A stretch of DNA of 63,730 nucleotides, filler included, from Rhabdomonas costata (GCA_019059605.1; 42 parts of 42 records of this genome joined end to end with filler, not necessarily neighbours in it); one strand, 5' to 3'; shown: positions 13,080 through 26,863, numbered from the whole stretch's first letter. Numbers and translations: made by a program. The notes: generated by a model from the sequence alone, not told the origin.

Positions 13080-13584
13080 GCGAATTGGTTTCATACCACG
13101 CAGACAGTTCTTGAAAAGCCCTAGTAGCCATCAATTTTGTTTTTGTGGACCTTCCCAATTGTCATCCGCTTAGCAGATCTGGATTTACAAAACTGCCAGT
13201 CGCCGTGCTTAACGGGGTTGTGAAAGTAACCCATGTCCTCCAGGTTGTGCCTGTAGGCCTTAAGGCCATCGCTGAACACCGCGTTACCAATCTCTATAAA
13301 CTGAGACACCAAACCTCTGAACCTCTGAAGCAGAAGCAGGACCATTAGGCATCCTGTCCTCCACGGAGTGTTATTTTAAACGGCTTGCCAATAGATTCTT
13401 TTTGCGATCAATGGCGCCCTAAACATCCACTTTCACTGAACTGTGTTGCCAGTGAAGCCCTTTTTGTTTATTGCCGCACTCTGTTTCATCGACCTCCACA
13501 CACAGCATGGACCCCAAGTATTTTCCCACATCCATCGCAACATTTCTTGGTACACAGACGGAGCAGTTAGAACACCCAACCAAC
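13080..13584 (-). mobile_element. Merlin/IS1016 (IS1595-family) DDE transposase pseudogene
   Basis: VEVDETECGNKQKG..DV*GAIDR, then VFSDGLKAYRHNLEDMGYFHNPVKHG..VHKNKIDGY*. Matches the VEIDE / SDGWxAY / HTNxIEGxW signature. In-frame stops and a frameshift. Confidence 0.85.
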
Positions 13585-14246
13585 NNNNNNNNNNNNNNNN
13601 NNNNNNNNNNNNNNNNNNNNNNNNNNNNTTAATTAATTAANNNNNNNNNNNNNNNNNNNNNNNNNNNNNNNNNNNNNNNNNNNNCTGCATGAGAAGGTAA
13701 AGGATGCCACACTTCTACTCATACCCATCTCGCAAAGAAACCATCAGAATAACCCTTCGGTAACCCGAGCACTGCGGGCAGTCATGAAAAGGGCCGCTTA
13801 AATAGACCCCAAGCCCATTGAAAACCCCACAAAATCTGCGTAAATAAGCGCCATAAAAATTACACTCTCCCTCTTGCACTGTCGGTCTGCCGAAGAGCGC
13901 AGGGCAGAGGAGGGCAGCAGAGAGGGAAACGGCAACCAGGCCGGGGCTGGACAAGTAGGTGCCGAAGTCATGCAAGTTCATAGCGTCCCGCAGCCCTGCA
14001 AAGACACATTCCAGGGAGCACAAGTAGAAGAAAAAGGGATGAGAGCAGTAACTGGCAGAAAATAGCATACTAAAGACAAAATCAAGACCAGCACTGCTGT
14101 CAGAGGCCATTTGGGGCTTTTTGGGTTTTGCTAGCCCAGTAGAGTCAGAAATTCTACCATAACACCACCACCGCCACCAGTTTCAGTAGCCGAGAGCGCG
14201 CGTGCATCGCATGAACATAAGTGCCTGTTTTTTCGGGCTGGCACAC

Positions 14247-14518
14247 CAAATTCCCGGAAGGTCTTACGGGCGATGGATTCGGCGTTGTTGGGCTTCTCGA
14301 ACTGCATGACAGTTAGGAATCTCGCGAACTCCTGCGCCGTGATGGCCTCGGGGTGGGCCTTGGGGATCTCGCCGAAGATCTGCTTCAGGTCCGTCCGGTT
14401 GCGGTCGGCGAGGCGGTAGTACAGCCGCCCAAACTCCTCCTGAGTCAGGATGCGCCCGTTCCGAGAGAACTTCGTGAAGGCCTCGTCAAGCACTCCCGGA
14501 GCCAGAGGGACCCCAAGC
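14247..14518 (-). CDS. Exon encoding a PI-specific phospholipase C-like EF-hand region
   Basis: LTQEEFGRLYYRLADR..LKQIF..ITAQEFARFLTVMQFE resembles the PLC EF-hand pattern. CAG acceptor, GTGTGC donor. Confidence 0.65.
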
Positions 14519-17500
14519 CTGACCCCAACCCAACGTTCATTGCAAAGGGAGCGGAGAACCCCTGAGACAGAGAAAGGGTCACACTTGCAAGGCGGTTGCC
14601 CAGTTGACCTTGGGAGGTGGGTGGATCCAAGGTTCCCACCTGGCAGTATTCACGAAGTAGTTGTAGGGTAAGTGAGCCTTGAAAGGACGAAAAGACAGTG
14701 AATACAGAAACGGAAATGCACGTCTCATCGCAAGCTCCCAAGCGACGAAGGTGGCTCCAAGAGAGGACGTCATGAAGTAATCGTCCCAGTAGCAACTTGT
14801 GCGATGACAAGAACCATGAACCCCAAAAGAAGTTTCCACAGAGGGGGTGAAGGCCCCTCTATACAAACACGTCGCCAGCATCATGACCGAAGCGATGGGG
14901 ATCGACAACCTTCGAATTCCCATCAGCATATCAGCTTGTGGTCATCCTGACACCCACAACGTACTAAAAAGCCGGCGATCAAGGGGAGTAAAATTTGGGA
15001 ATACTGAGCCAAGCCTATCCAAGCCCTGAGAGGTGAAGTGTGTGTGCGGGTATGCGCGACAACGCGCGCATGCCGGAACGTTCGCCGCGTAGAAACCCAA
15101 AACANNNNNNNNNNNNNNNNNNNNNNNNNNNNNNNNNNNNNNNNNNNNTTAATTAATTAANNNNNNNNNNNNNNNNNNNNNNNNNNNNNNNNNNNNNNNN
15201 NNNNGCCAAAACGGCAAGGCCCCAGGTTCAAGCAGGGATGTTTCTGTGAAAATAAAGCAAAGAAGAAGAAGAATGCAAAGTGAGAATTGCCAAAGCTCCC
15301 AGCAGCATCCAAAAAAGAGGCATCTGAAGAGTTTCGTGCGACCAGGCACTCACTCCCTTCAAACACTCTGCGAACAGCTGCACCCCACAAAAGCAGTCTC
15401 TCAGTCGTTCTGTCATGTCCACGAACACTTTTTGTGGTGGTTACTCTTTCGTCTCACCCGAAACAAATTCAAAAGGGGACGTCGTCAGCAGAAACAAAAC
15501 CTGCACATGACAACAGCAAAGTGTCACGTGCGGCCGGTTTCTATTCCCGGTCCACGCCAGAATTGTACAAGACACACCCACCCGCCTTACAAAGTCCTAC
15601 TACTTCTCACAGTCATTGCAACATACAGGAGTTTACGGGAGAAGGAGGACGGAAGACCTCCAACCCCAGGGTTCAAGTCTAAAAGTCCTTCCACTGTCGC
15701 AGCACCTACGCTCCTGCCCCAGCCTGCGCCTGAAAGAGCTCATAGTACGTCAGGTCCCACGCGCATGCCGTGATCAGCTGCTCAGTCATGATCCCCCATC
15801 AAGACCTCCCTGAGGCCGCTGCCCCACAGGAGAGACCTCCGGGCACCACCGAGGTGCACCCGCTCTTCAGCCGAAGGCCAATGGCGCTCGGAGAGACCGT
15901 TCGTTAGTGCAATGTCGGTCCCCGACTCGTACCTGACGGTAAACCGGCGGCGGTCGCGATACGGCCCACAGCGGACCGCAAGGTTTTATGCCGCAACCAC
16001 GCACCAGGAGTGCCGACAGGAAACGACACCACTGCCCACTGCACTCTCTCGCACTCGACCGCACCAAAGGTCAGACCCAGTGAGGGGGGGGGCGCAATTT
16101 GGAATAAAATGGCTCCAATACGCCCACCGTCCAAAAGGAGGGATGGCTCCAGCAAAAGTCCTGGATACACCTTCTGCACACAACTGTACCCCAGGGGCGT
16201 CTGGGTTGTGTCGGCCGCACAGACTGCGAGAGCCACACACAGGTGCATGGGCCCTGTGTCCCCGTGGTGCTGGAAGAGTCTAACAGAGAGAGCCTCGTCT
16301 GGTGGGGTGGTTCCCCTAAAAGTCCAAGTGCACCTTATAGGTTGCCCTTACGTGTGCATGGGATGCAGCCCTCCCACTCTCTGCTATTCTTCTGATACTC
16401 CTATTTTGATCCTTTAACCTAATTTTTTCATGTCTATCGCAATTTTCGTCGTGCTCCTCCGGGGCGTCAAGCCCCATGTGTTCGCGCCTCTGCTCTGTCA
16501 TAGGTGTGGATCTGCTCTACTCGCCCTCCCCCGTGCTGCACGACAGGGTTGTGGCGGTGAGGGGTGGGTCCATGAGCATCACCATCACCACCATGAACGG
16601 CATCCGGAAGAAACACAACGAAAACNNNNNNNNNNNNNNNNNNNNNNNNNNNNNNNNNNNNNNNNNNNNTTAATTAATTAANNNNNNNNNNNNNNNNNNN
16701 NNNNNNNNNNNNNNNNNNNNNNNNNGGAGCACGCGGGTGGTGGGGCACCACGGGCATCGGCGAAAAGTCCGGGGGGGCTGCGGTAGTCTTTATGGACTCC
16801 TATGAGGCGGGAGTGACCCCGCCTGTGACCCAGCCGCAGCGTGAATTGAGGGAAGTGAGTAGCTGTGGTTAAAAGAGGCAGAGGGTGACGACACAGCGTT
16901 AAGCCCGAACCAGTGCTACGACCGAAAACCTTACCAGGCAACGCCTGGCACGGAGGAACGCAGCTCGCATGCGTATATCATTCCTAGAAACCTCCCTCTT
17001 TTGGTCGGTCTACTGCCCCCTGCTTTGTAGAGAAGTGGTCGTAGGTTGTCCACTTTTTCCTGTTGCCTGTTTAATATACCCACCAAGTTTGTGTTGGCAT
17101 TTGATCGTGAGATCCTTCTCTCTGCTCGATTATTGGAAGGGGCTTGCAGTGCTGTAAAAAGGGGTGAGTTGAACAGAGTTACCACTACACATATTTCCTG
17201 TATCCCTCTAACAATATTCACCATTCACACAAAAATGGCGTTGTCTGGGGTGCAAAAAGGCCAGCACACTCCACACCTACCAAAGTAGGATACTGGGGGT
17301 TACATTGGCACATCGGGCAACTTTCCCAGAGCCGGAGCCCTGCAAAGCGCATCATAATTGTTTGGTGTGCTGGGGAACTCAAGCTCGGCTTTATCGGCAA
17401 GACAGTCCGTCTGGTGACTGCAAAGTCAGGCGGGTTGGAGAAATGGGGAAGGATCTGGTTGGTGCTGCGATTTGTTGGCCCAGCCATAGTGCCTATTGAA

Positions 17501-18735
17501 CTGTGCGGGTTCCAAAGGAGACTCAACTCAACGAATTAACCATTGTCTGTGACAATCCTATGAAAAAAACATCTGCGATTTTAGGCCCTGGCGCCTCTGC
17601 GTTAACGCTCCCGAAACGAACCCATTTCGTTGTGCTTGTTGGACTTTGAACATTTGGTCTGCTTTGATTTCAGCTCCACAAACAAGTAGACAGGACTGGC
17701 CGCGCAATGGAGTGCCACTGTCCACTTCAGAGCAAACAGACCCCAACACCAATTGCTGGCAGAGTTGAGGGCGCAAGGAAGAAATGTTTAAGAAGGACAC
17801 CTTGGTAGGTGGCTCGTAAAGCTCCGTTGTCACTGGGGTGGACGTGGGTGTCGCTGGCGGGGAACCAAGGACAGACGTTGAAGATGTGGGGGAAGGGGCG
17901 GGTAACATCAACACACAAACACAAGTGGTCTACGTTCTGGCATTCACGAGGAAGGGAACCCAACCCTGTCCACCCAAGCTGGGACCCAATTGCTAAACCT
18001 TCGGAGACTCGGCCCCAGAGAGCCGGATCAGAGGCCCCATTGGGGGAACAGACTCTGAAGAAAGGCCTACGTCAGCCGAAAGTAGTATTTCCCACGGCCG
18101 CCGAGAATCATCCCTTACGCACGACGTCTCGCCAAAACAAACAACNNNNNNNNNNNNNNNNNNNNNNNNNNNNNNNNNNNNNNNNNNNNTTAATTAATTA
18201 ANNNNNNNNNNNNNNNNNNNNNNNNNNNNNNNNNNNNNNNNNNNNGTTGGTGGGGAAAAACTCTGTCCACAGAGAGGGAGGAAGGAGTGTGGACATTTGG
18301 GAGATTGGTAAATCATCGGCCCAATGAATATGCTTTTACAAGCACACAAAATGAAAGGTCCCGTCTTGCTGTTTTTAGGGTTACCGTTGTTGTACGGGTC
18401 CGTCCACCGATGAGCGAGCTTGTGCCCTACGCGCCGCCCTCCCCCTCCACCCCGTGGGGGGAGGTGCGCACGGGGCTTTCTCTCTCGGGTCATCACGGCG
18501 CCAGCCAACGCTGGCGGCTAGTATGGTAGGATCGCTTGTGCCTTAATTCAATGTGTAGGATTTTCTTTCATCGAAGCATAAATGACCCTGAACATTCGTG
18601 ACCCCCTTTTTCTGCGTTGTTTTGAATCGCTTTAGTGGTTACAGTGTGACATTTGGTGCTTCTTTAGATCCTTAAGTGAACTTGCAGATGATTCTGCCAC
18701 CTTCCTTCATTGTTTGCTGCAAATCTCTGATGCAG

Positions 18736-19058
18736 ACTGGAGCGGGCAAAACGTTCACCGTGTTCGGCCCAGACGACATTTCAGACTGTGCTTGCCACTC
18801 AGGCGGGATAGATGCCTTCAACACCTCCGCGGGGATCCTCCCCCGTGCCATCCGGGAGGTCAGCCCGTCCTGCCCCTTGCGCCTCTTTATTTCCGTGATC
18901 TGTCCTTTGTCCTTTGTGTTCCGCTTGAGCTGAGCTGATCTTCACTTCTCGTGACTGCTTTGTTTTCCTGTTAGGTTATGCAGGCGGTCTCAGAGAGCCC
19001 TTCGGGAACCTTTCGAGTTACCTTGAGTTGCCTGGAGATCTACATGGAGAGAATTTTG
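18736..19058 (+). CDS. Kinesin motor domain, two exons (18736-18858, 18975-19058)
   Basis: TGAGKTFTVFG (P-loop), GILPRAIRE, then FRVTLSCLEIYMERIL. In-phase GT-AG intron 18859-18974. Confidence 0.93.
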
Positions 19059-21799
19059 GCATGCCTTGTTATTCTTTCTTGCAGCAAGGGAAGTTTGCAC
19101 TCTTGCATTGCATCTTTTTTTTTTTGACGATTTAGTACCTGCCTTTCTTTCCACACCATTTCTCGGGATGCCATCTTAATCTCTAACCAACAAGGCCTTG
19201 ACTCACACACCAGGGTAACGGTGATGCATAGCCCCTTGCTGCGTTGGCTGGGTCTGTCGTAGCTCCTTGACCACTACATGCACAACATCAACGGTAGAGG
19301 AGGTGACACAACCTTAGGCAGTACATAGGTGGATGCCACGACCACCACGTTGGATTGACGTGTAGCCCTTGACACACCTTGTGATGAAATGAGGCTAGCG
19401 ATGGGATGCCAAGGTCACACCCAGAGCCAACATCACCACCACCACAGGAACACAAGGTACGCATAGAGTGGAGTACACACACCCTACGGTACCTTATGCC
19501 AACTGTGATGGGAGGATGGTTGGGTTGGAGCGGCCCTGACCACCACCACCACCACAGCCCATGACATCACCACACTGGGTGGAGGAGCTAACACTCAGGC
19601 AGCCTATGCACTACCACCATGGCTCACACCACGACGTAGGGTTAGCCTCCACATCCAGTCCATCGNNNNNNNNNNNNNNNNNNNNNNNNNNNNNNNNNNN
19701 NNNNNNNNNTTAATTAATTAANNNNNNNNNNNNNNNNNNNNNNNNNNNNNNNNNNNNNNNNNNNNGAGGTTGCCTCGCTGCCTGGGAAGTGCCCCACCCC
19801 AGCCTCAGCCCGCGAGGAGCACCCGGCGGGGTTTGTGTTTGGGTTCCGCCCAGCACTAAGGTCAGCCCTTTTAAAGTTCCTCTGCCGGCGCTTTAAACCT
19901 CCCGTACCTTTTGACATGACATGATCTTTCTCTTCCGCGGCGATACAATCTCGGCCGTATCCATCACCAATCGCGATGTGAGATAGCACTTGTGGAGGGA
20001 GGGACTGCACGAACACATTGACAAAGGGGACGAGGGAATAACCGTTACGAGACCGCAATCCGTTTGGTATTTCAGTGTGTGGCGGGTTGGGGCTCATATT
20101 TTGTGATATGGCACTCCGTGAATCAGTTGGTTGACGGCTTCCCAATCTCAGGCCCCTTTTCTATGCCGGGATATGACTTCCCTTCAATTTCAATTTCAAG
20201 TTTTGGCGTGATGTTTGCCCTCACCAGAAGTTGACATTTATGGTTTGCAATATTAGGCGTTCTCATTATCCCTATAACCCCCAAGGAAGTCTCAATTTAG
20301 ACCTTTGGTTACCCTTTTTTCCTATTACTGTTAAGGTTGTATGTGGACAATATCGCATGTCCGTAACCCCCCCCTTCCGTCACTCGAGGAACGCACTCTT
20401 GCCAGGCCCTGTGGGCCTTGTCGTCTGGGATAATGGCCGGAATTCATCGTGTTCCAGCTTGACCAGTAAAATGCCTGAAGTAAGGAAGTCAGCGGCGAAG
20501 TTGTCGCGAGCGTGAATCGAAGTAGCCTTGGCCATCAGCATTTCTTCTTCCTGAGGTGCCTCTTCACGGCTGTTTTGTGGGTTTTCTCATACTCTTCCCT
20601 TTCCGTGTGACCCATGCTCCCCCTTGCACCCCTTTGCGGTTTTCATTCCCAGCCCAGCCTCGACGGAGGCCTCGCCCCTTCCCCGGGAGGCCTCTCCTCT
20701 GCTGCTGGGGACTCCTCTTCGCCCAACCTGTGCCAATTACACATGCAGCAGCCTCCCTCGCACGCAGTCGCCCCTGCCGCCGCCGCGATGCGGGGCGAGC
20801 CCTTGCCCAGGACCCCCGGAAGTGCCTTCCGCAGGGCACTCCCCGCGCCTGCAGGAGGGATCGCCTCCTCCGGCTCTCGCAACTGTGCCTCCCCTGCAGG
20901 TTTTATCTCGCCGGATTTCTGCTGAGCAACATATCGAGCTGATTCGAAGATTCCCTGCTTCTGTTATATTTTCTTTTCATTGTTTTGCATTTCCCTGACT
21001 CATTTCCTTTCATTCCCTTGGTTCCCTTTCCGCGCTGGTTGTCGTGATTTTTCCGTTTGACGCAGGTTCGCTGAGAAGATGGCTAGGATCCCTTCAGTTT
21101 TTTTTGGTGCTTCTTTGTATGCATGTGCAAGAACTGTTGCAGTTCTTTTCCGGCGGTGCAGGTCTTCGTCATCGACGACAACCCNNNNNNNNNNNNNNNN
21201 NNNNNNNNNNNNNNNNNNNNNNNNNNNNTTAATTAATTAANNNNNNNNNNNNNNNNNNNNNNNNNNNNNNNNNNNNNNNNNNNNTTTGTGGTGGAATCCG
21301 AGGCTGGCCAACTGTTAGGTTCGAATAATGCCGGTCACAATCGTTGTTCTACTTGCGGGGGTGACAGTAGATCTACATTTTAATCATAGGTTGGCGGCTG
21401 CGACGGTCTAGGTTGAGAAGGACTGCCGTAGGCGTCATCTTCGTCGTAGTCTTCCGGTAGAAAACCAACAGTTTCTGGTAGGGAATGAGTTGGCTGGAAT
21501 GAGTGGGCAAAGACAGGGGTCTCGTTTCCAATGATTTCTAATGGGATTTCGAGACGCATGGACGTGTGGCTCATTACATTTTCAATTGGAAACGGCCCTA
21601 CTGCCCTCGGTGACAATGGTGAACGGGGGCCCATGTAGGCTCGCTGATGTTTGGTCTGGGTGACCTGTACCAGATCGCTACGCGGAACTCGTAGTCCCGT
21701 CGTTTTCGGTTGGCTTGAGCTACCATGCTTTCTTGGTTCTTTTCAAATGCGGCCTGAATGTCTTTCCAACCTGTTTCAACCGCTTGACAAACTACTTGA

Positions 21800-22704
21800 C
21801 TTGAACGGTAGGTCGTTGGATCTGCAGTATTCGAAGTACCTGCTTTAGTGTCTGATTAGTCCGTTCAGCTTGTCAGTTAGTCTGTGGATGGTGCGTGGTT
21901 GAAGCTCGTATTTTGATGTCCAGGGATCTGCACACTGTCTGCCAAAAGGTGCACATGAAAAGCTAATCCCTGTCGGAGACCACACTTCGCTGTAGCCCAT
22001 GGTACTTGAAAACAGCATCCAAAAACTGGGCTTCTGTCATCTCGGCAGTGTGGTGCTTGTTGGTGGTAATCAGATGAACCATTTTGGTTCCACTGTCTGT
22101 GACCGTTAGGATCTGGTCAAAGACCACTGGGTTGCCCGGTAGTTGGCACTCGTCCACGTTTGTCCATTCCATTGAGACAGACTGCCATTTCAGTTTATGG
22201 ATCTTTAGAGCATACAGTAGACCACGCGGTAGATGGTGCTCTGCCTTACTTAGTTGACACTGGTGGAAGATTTTGACATAATCGCGGACGCGTCGCTTGA
22301 TGTTGGGAAATGTGTAGCTACGTTTGATCATGGCTACGGTCCGGTGAATTCCCCAATGTCCAGCTGCAGGTGAATAGTGGTACTTTTGAATGATTTCAGC
22401 AATTATGGAAGCTGGAACAACAATACGGTCGTCTTCCCACATGCGCCCTAACAGGTAGCTGAATGCTCCTTCAACAGTTAGGCCGAGGGTGTCAGGATGA
22501 AAGTACTTGGCTATGCACTCTGGGTCGTCACGGTATTCGTTGAGCCAGTCTTCTTTGGGCTGAATCTGGATGGGCGCGCAGAGATTACCATCAAAGTAGA
22601 TGGGCGTTGGATTTTTAATGGCTTCTGCGATCAGAGAACTGAAGAGCGCTGACTCATCCATTGGTTCTTGCGACAGCGCATCAGCGGCTGAGTTACGTCT
22701 TCCC
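21800..22704 (-). mobile_element. Ty3/gypsy-type LTR retrotransposon pol fragment (RNase H end + integrase), pseudogenised
   Basis: GRRNSAADALS, HYSPAAGHWGIHRT..HQCQ (HHCC), VVSDRD*LF..FW, STTHHPQTN*QAERTNQTLKQVLR; internal stops. Confidence 0.92.
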
Positions 22705-22853
22705 NNNNNNNNNNNNNNNNNNNNNNNNNNNNNNNNNNNNNNNNNNNNTTAATTAATTAANNNNNNNNNNNNNNNNNNNNNNNNNNNNNNNNNNNNNNNN
22801 NNNNGAAACACTGATGATGGGGTGTCGCATAATGGAATACCGCATGTTCCAAT

Positions 22854-23272
22854 TGTAACACTTCAACTATGCTGCGGGAACTCTTACGTGGCTCCTAACT
22901 CTTTGGGTGGTTGTGCCTCTGGATCCCACTCGAGCTGGACTGTATTCCGACCTTGCTTGCACAAGGTGGGCGCTGCCTCGGCTTACCTTGATTTCTTGGC
23001 ATCTAGAACGGGACGGGGGTCTCTTCCGTTTGTCCGGGGGTCGCTTTTGTGCTCTCTGCAGGCGGCGCATTTCTGCGCCCTCCATTGGCCTGGCTCTCTG
23101 CCTCGCCAGGGGTCTTCCCCACTGTTTATCTGCTGGCCTTCTTTCTCTAACCTGGCTCTGCTCTGCTAGCCTTCTCGCCAAGCTGGTTGATATATAGCCT
23201 GACCCATGGCCTGACCAGGGGCTGGCTCACGAGGGGCTAAGCTTCGACTTCTGTCTCAGCTGACCCTTGACA
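22854..23272. mobile_element. Candidate solo LTR
   Basis: Bounded by TGT...ACA, internal TATATA near 23190, flanks CAAT/AAAT (only 3 of 4 match as a target-site duplication). Confidence 0.25.
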
Positions 23273-26200
23273 AAATGGCACTATGGAAACCTCTGGAAAA
23301 TGTCTGCGTCCCACGCATATGACTTTTTTCCTCCGTCTCTGGGTGTGAAACACATGGGTGATCTGGACCGTTACACCAATTCTAAATCCTGATATCCGAC
23401 GACCACTTCCGCATGAACCAATAAACCAGAACACCTGATGGAATAGAATGCGGTATCCGGTGTTCCGTATTCACATCTATTATGTTCAGATATTATAATC
23501 CAAAAGCAGATCCAAAGAAAAAGCATTAATGTAACCGAGAAAAACGCGGAGTTTTTAAAAACCGACAAATAAACAACAATCCGTGAAATGATGTGAGCGC
23601 ATCAGTTTGGCCAAAAATTCCAAAACAGCACGGCTTCGGGTTTTGATGTAGCAACAATTTCGCGCAAAAAGCCCCTGGCGTACGCCAATTCAAAAGGCAA
23701 CCACCGAAACATCCATAAAAACGGGCCGCATGACAAGAAAGTATAAATTTTTCTTTCATGCGGCGCCTGGGTGGTGGAGTAGTGACGTTAGGTTTCCGTT
23801 ATTTTATTTGCTTTTGTGTGTGTTTCTGTGTGTGGATGGGAACGGCGCACACTCTCACCCCAATGCCCTTCGTGTCGTCCGGCACGAACAGCAGCACCGT
23901 CAACGCGCCAAAAACCCAACAGGTGTGCAGAACAAGCAGCACAAGGACACGCCACAGCACACCGCGCCAAGGCGCCATGTGTGTGATGGCGGCCCCCGTC
24001 GGTAGCCTCCCCGTGCACACGGGAAAACCACCAAACCCGGCAAGCTGATGTCGTTCTCACCCAGGGCCACGTCCACAAATCGACCAGCAGTGGTGGTTGC
24101 CCGCCAGTCGCCATCGTTTCCAGAGGACTGTCCAGGCACCCAAGCCTGCCCCACCCAAGCCCAAGTCCTCGCCACCTGCAAGGCCTGCAACAAAGCGTGT
24201 CGTCAGGCTTCCTGCCCAAACCGCCNNNNNNNNNNNNNNNNNNNNNNNNNNNNNNNNNNNNNNNNNNNNTTAATTAATTAANNNNNNNNNNNNNNNNNNN
24301 NNNNNNNNNNNNNNNNNNNNNNNNNTGAGGCGTTTTGTTACGTATTTTCCAATGACGGCTGCGAGCGTTTTTGCCACCGTAAATGTGAACACAACGTTTC
24401 CTTAGGTTATTGCTTGCTCGTTGTTGTATCCTGAAATTAAGTCGCGTGATTTTTGGCACCAGATGCCAGTGACGCAACGGCTTGCCTCCAAGGCAAAAGG
24501 AACTCTGTATCTGCCATTCTTCGCATTTCTGTTTTTCCCGTTAATCTCATTTGGGGTGTACTGAAATTCTAAGGTAATCTCTCTCGCTCGACCCCACACC
24601 GAGCTGCGGAAAATAAAAACCCATCCAGACACCCAAAGGCATGTTTATCTGAATTTCAAAAGTAACTGACAATCTTTCTGGTGTGCTGGCATTTTAGCAA
24701 CGTTTGAAGCCTAACGTGCGGCCTCGCCCCCGTAGGTCCCTCGGCCACCGTGCATCCCCAAAGCCACTCGGAGTCGACCGCGTTCTCTGACATTACCTCC
24801 TGTCCAAGTACGCGTATTGGGTGAATGGATGCGTTGGGTGAATATCGGATATTGCCTCTCGGAGGCAGAGTCCAATTGAACCAAGTCACGTTAGTTGTTG
24901 TGGGCCGGGGAGGGGGACGCACTGTTGGGTGGGCTGTCCCGGAGGGTGGTATAGACAAACTTTCGACCGCATCATGGCCGAAATGGGTACGCACCACGAT
25001 TTGCAGGACGCATTTTATTCTGTACGTTTTGATGGAAATTACGAATTTTCAGCCTATTGAATCTCAAACGAGCCGTTTGTTTTATTTTTCCTTTTAGGAT
25101 GGTCCCCGCTTGTTCTCCGTATTCGGGTTGCGAAATTCGTTCATTTGTGCACCATATGCACCTACCCCCTCCCAGCTTTGGTGGATTTTTTCATCGGTCG
25201 TCACACGGAAGATGACGTTATTTGGGCTTCTGCGTGTGCAGGCAACACCACCCAAGCCCACTGCCACTCGACGTCGGAGTGGGGCCGGATGCTCCTCTCT
25301 GCCAGCTATATAACTTCCACATGTGGCCGAGAGTGAATACCTGTGGGCTAGACTTGACTCACCCTCTTTTCCACCGTTGTTTACGATTTTGGTTTTTTTT
25401 TTTCTTTTTCTTTTTCTTTTGGGTTTGTTCTCACTCGTGCTCTTTGTCGAAGAACTCACGTGGACTCATGGGACGACTTATCCTTTTTGTCCTCCCGTGT
25501 ACCCTGTACTTCACCGTTTGCTGACTTCGCTGTGTTTGTCTCCGGTTTCCAGTGACTCATGTCACGCGTTGCGGCACGCATCCTTTGATACAAGCCCCTC
25601 CACCTCCTTTCAGCATGCGCTTTCACTTTTTGTTTGTGTGATGCTCCTTGCGTGTTGCCTTGGCTCACAATGAAATGAGATCGCTGTATTGGATTCTGGC
25701 AGTGCGAAAAGGCTCGTTGAAGTGGTTAGGGTTTGTGTTTCTAGNNNNNNNNNNNNNNNNNNNNNNNNNNNNNNNNNNNNNNNNNNNNTTAATTAATTAA
25801 NNNNNNNNNNNNNNNNNNNNNNNNNNNNNNNNNNNNNNNNNNNNGGTTGGTGGTTGAAACTATTGTCAAGCGTGGGTAGTTATTTATTACTCCAAAAAGA
25901 ATTGGGCTGACAAACCTTGGTTGCCAGCCACGGTAACTCTGGTTTCTCGTGATACAGCGCTGCAGCACAGAACCCGCCGCTTCGCTGCTCCCCGCGGTCT
26001 GTTGCTGTCAGGAAAAAGAAAAAAGGAAGGGATGTGGGGATGTGCTCATCAACACTGCAAAATGACCATACGGTCCCGAAGTGGGAAGCATCGCCCAAAT
26101 TTGATAGTGAGAAGCACAAACCTAATAGGTGAGAACTAAATCGGAAACATGAGGGATGGGCGCATATCATCGAGTTCCGATGACGACCCCCCCCCCGGGG

Positions 26201-26679
26201 GGGGGAACTTTTGGAGTCACTGAGAAGTAGACACCAATACGTGTGAGATTGTACAACAGGAGAATGAAAATGCTGCCGTGTTCCGCGTCACAGGAGGAGT
26301 TAGGAAACCTCTGATCCGTCATGCTTCGGCTGGACACCTCCAGGACGGGACACGGGCAGGGAGCACGTGAAATACTCCGAGAGGCTGGCGTGAAGGCTGT
26401 CGCTCAGCTCTAACACAACGCGCAAAAGTGGCTAGAAATAACAAGCCATATGTAGAGTTGACCTGGAACGATACCGAAGACGGATATATCCGCAAACGTC
26501 CGCATCGCACGCCAAATTTCTATTAACTACGCACTACCAGCCAGTTTCTCGGAGTTCATGCGACAACCACAACACATCGGGAAAGGCAGCAAAACAAAAC
26601 TGCAAAGACCAAAATGAACACAAGAGATATATGGGATTGAACGGCTGTGAGAAAGATGACAGTGCGAGAGAGCAGAGAC

Positions 26680-26863
26680 CCTGGAGCTGGGCAGCGGTGG
26701 AGGCACCCTCGAACTGCGCCGCGAAGTCCTGGAGTAACAGGTAGGCTAGCCTGACTCTTGCCCGGGTGCGCTCACCCACAGAGCTGTGCCGCTGCCACAG
26801 CTCAAATGCGATCTGTCCGGCCTCCTCTGCGCTCACGGCCCTCCGGAGCCGAAGACAGAATGC
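26680..26863 (-). CDS. Internal exon, unknown helical protein
   Basis: TAG acceptor, GTCTCT donor; AFCLRLRRAVSAEEAGQIAFELWQ...LLQDFAAQFEGASTAAQLQ. Confidence 0.5.

Noticed and set aside
13121-13425. TAG at Trp-expected positions in Merlin, suggesting stop-codon reassignment or RIP-like mutation
   Set aside because: In-frame stops occur only in elements that are otherwise decayed, and they replace varied residues (e.g. TGA for Gly in the gypsy integrase). Conserved host exons have none. Too few cases for a mutational signature.
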